Position numbers and translations under genes: made by a program. A stretch of 64,000 nt of DNA from Gnetum montanum (lineage: Eukaryota > Plantae > Gnetophyta). Position 1 is the stretch's first letter. Every line of letters begins with the position of its first letter. The notes under the pieces were generated by a model. The model saw only the letters and a program-made list of their open reading frames with translations. It searched no databases and had not been told where the DNA came from. The stretch spans positions 70,515 through 134,514 of the forward strand of contig MNCI01000503.1 of assembly GCA_015680685.1 (NCBI GenBank). Reading direction: 5' to 3'. Of the stretch, positions 1-10,429 are shown in pieces.

Positions 1-586
1 GGAAGTCTATGCATATGCGTATACTCCCGGTCTTCTTCGGCACGACCACGATGTTAGATACCCAGTCCGAATAATCGACTCCGCGGATGAAACCAGCCTG
101 ATAGAGTTTGGTGATTTCATCACGCACTGCTAGCGCGATCTCTGGTTTGATTTTGCGTGCCTTTTGTCTAACCGCTTTGATCTGTGGGTCGAGGATAATG
201 TTGTGCTGGATTAATCTAGGATCTAACCCAGGCATATCCTCATATGATCATGCAAAGACAGTGATGTTGTCTTGCAGGACCTGTTTTATTGCGTTGTGTG
301 TTTTTTCGTTCAACAGAGAACTGACCTTGAGTGTTTTGGTCTCACCCCTGTGCGTAACTATAGGGACCTCACAAAGGGGGTCTTCGGTTATGTCCCCAGC
401 TTCCAGGTCTAGCGTGCGCGTGGACTGTTCTGGCCAGTCTGGGGACGCTTCCGATGCAGCTATGGTTACGCCTGCTAAAGGTGGGTTAATATCTACTAGC
501 GTAGAGTCAAATGGTCTAATTAAGTGCCTGTATGGGCCTGTCAAGGTTAAAGGTGTTGAAATTGTGGCGTCCATCCTCCGTCTGTC
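1..586 (-). pseudogene. pol: Reverse transcriptase N-terminus (Tat-type), running off the window
   Basis: Translates as VFA*SYEDMPGLDPRLIQHNIILDPQIKAVRQKARKIKPEIALAVRDEITKLYQAGFIRGVDYSDWVSNIVVVPKKTGSIRICIDF; one TGG>TGA stop at 248-250. Confidence 0.92.
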
Positions 587-1014
587 CTGCAAAACCGGCA
601 AGTGCGTAAATAGTTAGGAGACAAGTGACGGGATGTCGCCAACCGTGGCAGGCTAACTGAATTTTGAAAAACATAGACAAAGCTTGTAATCAATGTAACC
701 CGATTACGAGGAGATAAGATGTGGTAGTTTAACGTCATTTCGGACAGTGGCGCGTGCGATATCGGCCGCATTAATATCGAGATTTTCGGATTCCGTTTCA
801 GGAAAGTTCCGCTTAAATCTGATATCAAGCCGGCGATCCTCGCATATAAGTAAGTGTTTTGTTGATAAGAAGCGGTTGTTGGCAATTGTGAATTTGAATT
901 TGCAAGGGAGAGCAGAGAAAAGGGCGAGCAGAGAAGCAGAAGAGCAGAGACCTAGGAAGAGAAACCTTGCAAGGCTTTGCAAGTAAGCTGTGAAGAAGTT
1001 CTACAACTGTTGCG

Positions 1015-2892
1015 ATGGCACCAAAGGCGAAGAAGAAGAATGCAAAACTGGCTAAGATTGACGAAGTACAGGCAAGTTTGAACCGCGTCTCGCAGGCGCT
1101 GATCGATGTTTGCGACCCGACGCCTCTTAACCGGTAGGTCATTCTCCTTGCGCTTACGCTTGTCCTATATGTCGATTTTTTTTTTGCTTTTGCATGTCTT
1201 TTGCGTGAATGTGAATGTCGAAATTATGGACCTCGGGTTAATGTGAGGGTTTTGGTGAGGTTGCGTTCGTTGCCGTTGTCAGGGACAAACCTTGCGTTGT
1301 TGCAAGGGTTTTGGCAATTTTCGGCATGGTTGCTTTTTTTGAATTCTGTTTTCGTTGTGCAAATGTAGATGTAGGTGTTAATGAGTCTTAGTTTTTTACC
1401 GACAGCATCGCGCTGAAGCCCGTCCTGATTGTGCTGGACATCATTGGGGTTTTATGCTGGGTGAACCCTATCGTCCCAAATGTTCCTCCCCCTCACACCA
1501 GAGTGCAGGGGAAGGCCGTTTGGTTCCGAAAAGGGGCGCTGGAATTCCTACAGTTTTTGTTGCGCAGTTTCAGCATCATTATTTGGTCCGATGTGGCCGG
1601 AGATGTTGCTGGTGCCATTTTGGAGCACCTATTGTCGGGGTCGTCACAGGGGGTTTTGGAGTACCTGACGGACAGGGCCATCGAGACAGGCTATCCTGAA
1701 GACCTAGTGCTCAGCTCCCGGGGTTTAAGGATCTTACACTGGATCTGGAATATGGCCCGTTTCAACTGTTATCACGCATACAACACGTTGTTCGTGGCTC
1801 ACCATGTGTCCACGTACTTCCAAAACCCTCAAGGCACTGTGTACTATGCAGGCGGGTAAGCAGTTCTAGCTAGCTGTATTGGCTTTTATTATGTTACAAT
1901 GTCTATTTTTGTTGCAAGAGAAGTCTAAATGTGGAGCGTAGATTAAGTTTACGTTGTATGGTACAGGTTTTTTATACGTGACAACAAGCTAATCGGCGAC
2001 GGCAATACGCTGCCCTGGGCCGAAACGGCAATAAGGGCGTTTACCGCGACTAACAACGTTCGTGCCGGTGTCATCGGGCAAATCGGCCACGAGATGCGCG
2101 AGTATCACACTCGTTATGAGCAGTCGTTCAAGAATTGCAAGGGACTCGGGTGGCTGCACAAGGATTGGACCCTGGATCCGCCCCTCAGCGTCGAGGACAT
2201 GGAGAGGGAACTCCCACAATTCCCGTTGCCGTTTGGCCCCGGTAAGGTTGCCGCGTGTTTTAATGTTATGCGTAGTTATGAGTTGTGAATATTGAAAATG
2301 AACGCTGCGATAATGTTTCTGTTGTCTTGCGTTTTTGACTTGCATGTTTTACTTGCAGTCAGGGAATCCCGGGAGATTACGCTTACGATTTCCGGCCGCG
2401 AGGCGAGGGATGTCCTCTTCCGTTACCAAGATCCAGGCCGCAGGGTTAATGCACCTGTTCTTGGCTGCCACCCCTGATGTCCCTGCTAGCGAGATGATAG
2501 GCCTAGTCAACTCCTTTAATGCGAAGGCGGATCGTTTCAGCACACGTGTGCGTAACGTGCGCGTAAACTTCGACATCAATGCTCAGCTCTTCGCGGACCT
2601 GTTTGGCGTCCCTTGCAGCGGCCTTCCCGTAAAAGTGAAGACCACGAGGGGCGTCAGGGTGGAGGAGCTGCTGCAGGAGTGGGCAAGAATCCCTAAGGGG
2701 ACCAAGGGGTTTCCTTGTGAGGACTTCCAGTTGAAGACCGCCAAGACGCTTTATCCCCTTTTTCGGGCCCGGACCTTCCCCAAAACTCTCTCGCAGGCGA
2801 GGTTCTTCTCAGTGGAACAGACGCGTATTATGCGAGAGGTGTTGGAGGAGGGAGCCCGTTTTGATTGGGGGAGCCATCTTGCTAGCTTCCTT
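1015..2892 (+). CDS. Spliced antisense cargo gene of element A: basic N-terminus + FCP1/NIF HAD-like domain + plant-transposon/PMD-like domain (3' truncated)
   Basis: Exons 1015-1133, 1406-1855, 1967-2241, 2363(or 2359)-~2892 with GT..AG, T-rich introns and compatible phases 2,2,1. Motifs LIVLDIIGVL, AVWFRKGALEFLQFLLRSFSIIIWS, NTLFV..FQNP, then VRNVRVNFDINAQLFADLFGVP..G and FDWGSHLA. Confidence 0.8.
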
Positions 2893-4890
2893 GTGAGCAC
2901 TCATGCATAGCCAAATCAATCAAAAATAATTTAAAAAACCTTTCCTCCAAATTTTCCATGCTGATCATGGAAGCCTCTACATGAAAAAATGGGGAAATCC
3001 CAAAATATGCCTTATGACCCTTGAAACAATCAAATTTCAATAGCAAATGGCAGTAGGAGACACCGATAATTTTAGGGGCGTGCATGCATGCCCGAAAATG
3101 AATAAAAGCAATCAAAAAGCTTTCCCCCCAATTATCCATGCTAATCATCAAAGTTTCAATGTGGAAAAATGGTGGAAAGCCCAAAAATTACCTAGAAATC
3201 CTTGAAATAACCAAATTTTAACATTAAGTAGCAACAGTTGACACCAGCAACCTTGGAAGCCCAAATGCATGCTCAAAAATGATCATAGAATGTCAAAAAG
3301 CTTTCCCCCAAATTTTCCATGTTGATCATGGAAGCCCTAGAGTGGAAAAAGGGGAAAATCAAAAAAATACCTAGAGACCCTTGGAACAATCAAGTTTTAA
3401 CATCAAGTAGCAGCAGTCGATAGCAACAACCTTGGAAGCCTACATGCATGCTTGAAAATGATCATAGAAGATTAAAAATCTTTTCCCCCAATGTGGAAAA
3501 TGTGGGGAAGTCTAAAAAATACTTAGTGACCCTTGGAACAACCAAATTTTGACATCAAATGTTAGCAATCGATGCCAGCAACCTTGTGAACATGCCTGCA
3601 TGATCAAAAGTGATCATAAAGTGCTAAAAAGCTTCCCCCACATCTCCCTCCGCCCCCCCCCCCCCCCCAAATTTTCCACATTGAGCATGGAAGCCCCAAT
3701 GTAGAAAAATGTGGGAAAGTCCAAAAACCACTCATCAACCTTTAAAAAGTAAAATTTTAACACCAGGAGTTGACCATCATTGCTAGTAACCTCATGGACC
3801 TACATGCATGGGCTAAAATGAAGTAAAAACATGAAAATCTATTTCCCCCCATCCTTCCACACTAATCATACTATTCCTATCATGGAAAGAAGGGGGTAAG
3901 TCCAAAAAATTCTTAGAAATTCTCAAAATGGAAAAAATTTGACACCAAACCCTAATCCTTAACCATAATAGCCCTGAAAGCTAACATGCACAGTTGATTG
4001 AGGTGAAAATTGGTCTAGATTTGAGCTGCATGGTTCTTCCATGCTAAGGATCCCTTTTCCAAGTTGAGGATGCTATCCCAAGCATGGAGACTTAAGGGGA
4101 GACTTATTTGAGGCTCCTAAACACCTCAAAATTACACCAGACAACCTTTCATGCATTTTAGAACCTGAGCAGCAGCTATTAGAGCCCTTAAAATTCACAA
4201 AACTAATCCTAGATGGCCAAAAATCCATTCCCCCTTGTTTTTTACACTGAGCTTTCCATCCCTAATGTGGAAGAAAGGGGAAAGCCAAAAAGACCACTTA
4301 CAAATGCCCAAAACTACTAAATTTTAACATGGATCTACAGCCCTTGACCCTGGAACCTTGAAAGGTAACATGCATGGTCGATTGTGACCCAAATTAGCCT
4401 AGATCTAGGATTCTTACTTCTTCCATGCTAAAGTAACTTCCCTAGTGCCAAAACAAAGTTGGAAGCTACTTTTCCACTTTTGGAAGCAAGATGGCACTCC
4501 TGGGAGCCAAAGATCTACACTAAAGAAGTCCAAGACTTCACAGTCTTAAGGTTTTGCTTGTTTGACCTTATTTTAATCTTTAAAACCAATTCCCCCCATT
4601 CTTCCATGCTAGATTAACTCCCCCAACATGGAAATATGGGGGGAAGACCTTAAGTACCCTTAAACAGCCTTCAAACATATCCAAAATCAACCAAAAACTT
4701 GTAGAATCTAAGTCTGTAATCCTAGGGGCCTAGAAACCTAGTCAAACTGTTCCAAAATCATCCTAAATTCATAAAATAAGTGTCACCCTATTTTTTCACA
4801 CTAAGGGTATTGTGCCCAATGTGGAAAAGGGGGGAAAGCCATTTTGACACCTATTAACATTCAAAATAGCCTCAAATTATCATATAGCCC
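2893..4890 (+). repeat. Degenerate ~180-bp tandem repeats with internal hairpins (spacer of Tat element C)
   Basis: Units recur at ~2903, 3083, 3265, 3443, 3596, 3803 and decay towards 4890; each has TTTCCCC..TTCCATG..CATGGAA..GTGGAAAA..GGGGAAA. Confidence 0.8.
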
Positions 4891-6803
4891 AATGGAAAGC
4901 CATAACCATAGAATTCAACCTTCATTATGTATTTCAGTCCTTAACAAAAGGTCAAGCTATTGGCATACAACTCATAGTTTCACCTATTGATGACAAAGTA
5001 GCCATAGACCTTGAGTTCCCTAATGAACACATTAACATAGTTAGCCAAGTGCTCGAGGGTTATGAAATAATCATGAACTTCAACAAAGCTTCAACTACCC
5101 ATGGGGCTAATGCTACTGCCATTGTAGCATTTCCATCTAGTGAAATCCAACCCTTTTCCTATTGTTTTGGGTTCCCATGTACCAACAACATAGTAGAATA
5201 CGAGGGTTTGATTAGAGAAATAATGGTAGCTCATGACCTAGGAATTAGACACCTAGCCATCAAAGGCAATTCACAGCTCATGGTTAACCAAGTAATGAAG
5301 GTCTATGCATGCAAAGCTAAGCACTTACAATCTTACTATGACCTAGGAAAGCATTTATTACAATAACTCATAAATGTTGATATCCAACACATACCCAAAA
5401 ATGAAAACATCATAGTTGTTGCAATTGCAACATTAGCCCTTAGTGTGATGCTAGATGTGTTTAGCAAGTTACCCACCTTAACCGTGGACTGCACTACTCC
5501 CATCACATAGAACACTGAGGATACTTTTGTGGTCATTGCTCATAATGCTCCTCCCAAGGAGTGGTATGATGATATCAAATTTTCCCTTATGCATGGTGAA
5601 TCTTCACAAGACCTAACTACTACTCAAAAGAATATCATATACAAGTAATTAAAGTAGTATGTCATCATAGGTGATAACACATTATGTTGACAATCCTATG
5701 ATGGCATAATCTTAAAGTTCTTGGGTAAAATCAAAGCTATAATAGTCCTAGAGAAGGTTCACAAAGGAGTTTGTGGAGAAAATATAGGACATAGAGCCAT
5801 GGCTACTAAGATTAGATGGTTAGGCTACTATTGGCCCCATATGGAGAATGATTACCTACAAAAGGTTAAGTGATGTGACACATGCAAATGATATAGCAAC
5901 CTGATACATGTATTACCAACTAAGTTATGTACAACCTAGATAACATGGCCATTTGAATGATGGGGGTTGGATATCATTGGGACTATAATTCCTAAGTCTA
6001 CCACAGGGCATAGCTTCATCATTTCTACAATCGAATACTTTACCAAGTGGGTTGAGGCTATTTCCCTACGGAAGACCACATCTGAAAAAGTTTACAAATT
6101 TATCCTAGAAAACATTGTAGCTTGTTTTGAAATACCCATAACCATAGTTATAGACAATGGACCTTAATTTAGTAGCCAAGAAACCAATTATTTTTGTCAT
6201 AACCTAGGAATTAAGTAGTATTTCTCATCACCTTACTACCCTCAAGCCAATGGACAAGTAGAAGCAAGCAACAAGGCCATCATCAACTTGCTCAAGAAGA
6301 TGCTCAACAATAATAAGTGGAACTGGCATGAGTGATTTATCCATGCATTATGGGCATACAGAACAACTTATCACATGACAATCCACATGGCTCCTTATAG
6401 CCTTGTTTATGATTCTAAAGTTGTTTTACCTCTTGAATTGCAGGTGCCATCACTCCAAGTAGCCCTGGCTAACTTCATCAATGATGACCAGAGCAAGGAG
6501 TTGTGGATAGTAGCACTAGATTTGATGGAGGTGTGGTGTATGTAAGCACTTTCTTACATTTAGCACTATCAAGAGAGGTAGAAGTGAAAACATTAGCATG
6601 ACTTGATCATGCACAAGATCAAGGAGGGGGACCTAGTCCTCAAGATCATTTGTGAGCATGTGGACAAATTCTTAGCCAACTAGGAGGGGCCCTTCCTTGT
6701 CACCAATGCCTATAGGAATGGAGCATTCAAAATAACCTGCATGAATGGAAATGAGCTAGCCAATCTAGTTAATCATTCTTATCTAAATTCATACTACATG
6801 TAG
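4885..6803 (+). pseudogene. pol: Element C pol remnant: RH C-terminus, archaeal-type RNase H (aRH), integrase
   Basis: FPCTNNIVEYEGL..IKGNSQLMVNQV (aRH); LGYYWP, GLDIIG, EYFTKWVEA, IVIDNGP, PYYPQANGQVEA (INT); many stops; colinear with B 36225-38210. Confidence 0.92.
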
Positions 6804-7052
6804 CTAACAATTATCAACAAGCGAGCATACTTTCAATGGTCTGCTACAACCTTGAACTAGCAACATGACCTACAGTACCTTAAACTAGTACCATGGCCCA
6901 CCATAGCCTTAAAATAGCAACATTGTTGACTTGGATAGCCTAATTCTCATGTGTCCTATATGCATTATAGCATTATAATATACAATGGTGTTTTTTATTC
7001 TTTGTCGATGCCTCTTGGGTCAATCCTCTAGGCACCAACAAAGAGGGACCAT

Positions 7053-8791
7053 TGAAACATCACAAAATTTTACATGTTATAATCAGTCTTCATCATGTAG
7101 CTTTAACCCCATGAAACCTGAAGCAAAATTTCATTATAAATGTGATAGTTGTAACCCACAATGGGTAATTTCACATACCGTATACTTTGGGACTGAAAAG
7201 ATTCCTCATAAGTGATTAAAGCCTCATTTCTCAAGTGAAAAAAAGTCACCTAGTATCTATATTTGGGCTTGGCGGGACCAAAAATGCCTTTTGGAATGCC
7301 AAAAAAAAGGCAATTTGATGGGTTTTATGGGGGTTATTTCTACACTGGAAACACCTACAGGGGATAGATCCTACCTACCCCCAACATGGAAGGGTGGGAG
7401 GTTTNTTCTACACTGGAAACACCTATAGGGGATAGATCCTACCTACCCCCAACATGGAAGGGTGGGAGGTTTGGAAACTTTTTCCCCTTCAATATGGAGA
7501 CCAAATGCACAACTTGAAAACTTTCCTCTAACCTGGAAACTTCCCATCTCCCCCCCTCCCCCTCATCCTGAAAATTTTTTCCCCAATTTGAAAGTTTTCC
7601 CTCACCTTGGAAACTTTACCCTAAGCATGGAAAGTTTTCCCCTAGCTTGGAAACTTTTCCTCTTAGCTGGAAAGTCCCCACACCCCCCGAATGTGAAAAA
7701 TTTAATCCCCCCAGTGTGGAAGCCATAAGAAGAAAAATTCATCAATTTATGCACTTCAACCACCAACCACTTTAATAAGCACGGTGGATAGCTTAACATG
7801 GAAGATTCATCTCCAGTGTAGAAGGTGTGTCCCAGTTACTATTTATAATAAACAAAATGGCCATGGAGGAAGCACTTACTATGTATAATAACCTCCCAAA
7901 TTTGGACACCCATGAAACCTAAATTTTCATCAAATTTACAATTGTTTCATAGCCAATTTGTAGCCAAATAATGGCCAATTTGCAACCCCATTCATGGCAT
8001 AAAGACCCTATAAAAGCCAACCTCAAACATCATTGAGAGGTTCCAAGAATTTTTGGATGGTTCAGCAACTTTTGACATACAAGTAATTTTGGTCAAGGTT
8101 CAGCATTTTTAACAAGGTCCAATACTTACAAGTAATTTACATACACACAATTCCATACTTGGGGTATTTCCAAGCACTCAAGAGCTCTTGCAAAATCCCA
8201 TACTTGCATTCTCTTGAACCCCGACAAGGAAGCAATGAGGCATTGAGATTTGGTGGATTTTTTATGTTAATACTATACTTCTGAGGTTCCAAACCTAGTG
8301 TGGAGAAACTTAGCCAGCCAACACCCCCCACCCCCCCNNNNNNNNNNNNNNNNNNNTACCCAATTTACAAATCCAAGTTTGCAACAGTAAAGGAAGGTTC
8401 AATAACATCAAAAGTGTCTTAGCACTTGGATTGTGGAGTAGATTACATTGGCTTCAATGAGCTTTGAACTCCTACATAAGTGAACCCCTTTTTTTGCTCA
8501 TCTAGACACCATTTGTACACATTTCTCTAACTTATTCTTTATTCTTTTCTCAATAAAGTTTTAAGTTTTGAGTTTTGTATTCAAAAATAAATTTATTATC
8601 TATGTATTATTTGGATCTATTTATATTAACATGTTTCGCATCTCAAAAGTCCTTAGTTGATCTGCTAGACTAGCCAGGGAGCCTTGAATACCATTATTAT
8701 CATGGAGGCCTTGGGTATTTGGGGCTGAGGAACTACTTGCAATGAGAATCCTTGGTTTTCATTCCAAAAATCAAGGTTTTCAGTTGCAACA
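7053..8791 (+). repeat. 3' LTR of Tat element C
   Basis: Starts TGAAACA after purine tract AAAGAGGGA; ends GCAACA; homologous to the B LTRs. Confidence 0.75.
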
Positions 8792-9649
8792 TTCTCCATG
8801 TCTTAATTCAAGACTTTCATCTATTTATTCTACAACATGGGATTGAGATCTTAACTCATCAAAAGGTACAAGAGAATAGAACACAAAAATCAACACACCA
8901 TAGGTTGATCTTGGAGTTGCAATCACCAATTGTACTTACTTAATATGCTTACCCACACTCTCTTATTCAACTCTTCCATGCACAGGAGCTCTCTTCTCAT
9001 TTCTCATCCTCAACAATGGTAATCACAATAATATTTATGATAAACTTAAACACAAGAAATCTAGAAACCTTTCCTCAACTTAACTTGAGGCTCTTTAGAT
9101 ATTTTCCAAGTCTTCTCACCTTCTCCCTAGTTTTTTCCATACTTTATCATCTTGTTTTATCTATTTTCTAAATTGAAGTAGGTGTTTTTGGAAGTTCCTT
9201 GATTGTATGGGTCATCTCTAACCTTTCTAGGATGTCTTCTACAAAAACCCAACTCTCAAGAAATACATCTACTATTTTTATAAGATGTCCCCAGAAGTAG
9301 TAACACATCTTACTTATAGGGGAGACATCTTGTGTAAGATGTCTCCTAGCTTTGGAAGACATCTCCCATGAGACATCTTCTACACAAATAAGACATATCA
9401 CCTAAGACATCAGCCCAAATTATAAGATGTCTCTTATTAATCTACCATCTTCTACCCCTCCAAGACATCTTCTTTAAGGCTAAAAATTGCAAACACAAAC
9501 ATAGGAAAGGGACAAAAAGAAATTAGAAGAGGTTTCCATACACCAAAAGAGCTAGTAACTACATCTATGTTTCCCATTTGCTATCCATGCCCTACTGCAC
9601 TATAAGAAACTGCCAATTCCAAATAGGGAAAAAATATTGAAAATACAAC

Positions 9650-9990
9650 AAGAACTAATGGGCCACTTAACATAACTAAGCATTACTTCTACTATGATGC
9701 ATCCTCAATCAAGACCTACTTTGTACATGTTATAGGAACGATTGGGATCCACATCCTCTAGTGATGCTATTTTGCAACAAACTTTGGAGCAAATCTTAGG
9801 TGCAATCACTAGGATGTGAGAGGAATTCTAAAGAGGCCAAGAAGAGATTAGGACTAGCCTAGATGACATGAATACCAAGCTACAGTCTTTGGAAATTTTA
9901 GTCTAGCAACCTCATGATGAGGATACTTCATCATTGAATGATGATTAAAATGTTGGAACTTCCTAGGTATTTTCTATGTCAAGAAGCAGT
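9650..9990 (+). pseudogene. Possible gag N-terminal remnant of an unclassified LTR element
   Basis: Coiled-coil-like DAILQQTLEQILGAITRM*EEF*RGQEEIRTSLDDMNTKLQSLEIL; no diagnostic motif. Confidence 0.3.
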
Positions 9991-10429
9991 GAAGATTAAT
10001 GATCATATACCTATTTGAACCTATAAAAGTATCAAGAGTTAATAATGGACATAATATTAAATAAAATTAGTTCTAAGAAAAATAATTCTTTGATTCCTAA
10101 TTATATTTTACTTTATGTTATAACCACTATTTGTACTTACAATAATTATATCATTTGTGTTTCATATCACTTATATTACTCAAGACAAGTGACCCATTGG
10201 TTGGAAGCTATGATAACACTTGAAATTATCAAATTTGGAAAACACAAATGATTTAATTATGACAATAATGATGTTTATTATATTTTATTTATGCATAGGA
10301 ATTGTTTCTTAACTATAGGGTTAATATGAATGAATTTTGGTACTAATATGGCTTATTTTTGGAATTTTATCTTAGTCATTAGAGGTTCTAGAAAGGATAA
10401 CCATCAACAACATGATATTATTATATGAT

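Larger units (their letters stand above)
1..2892 (-). mobile_element. Element A: internal fragment of a young Tat/Ogre-type Ty3/gypsy retrotransposon (RT start plus antisense cargo gene), truncated at ~2892
   Basis: Minus-strand RT N-terminus homologous to element B RT; plus-strand spliced gene homologous to the B cargo gene; CpG-rich, unlike the rest of the window. Confidence 0.85.

Noticed and set aside
108-617. 169-aa plus-strand ORF, and similar ORFs opposite pol elsewhere
   Set aside because: Antisense shadows of RT or gag with no independent motifs
1015-2892. Host gene interpretation of the spliced gene
   Set aside because: Its homolog lies inside the TSD-flanked element B in the same position relative to RT
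7338-7472. Near-perfect ~67-bp tandem duplication
   Set aside because: The copies are separated by a single N, typical of an unmerged contig overlap
7669-7679. NF-kB-like GGAAAGTCCCC
   Set aside because: Plants lack NF-kB; it is a variant of the local repeat unit
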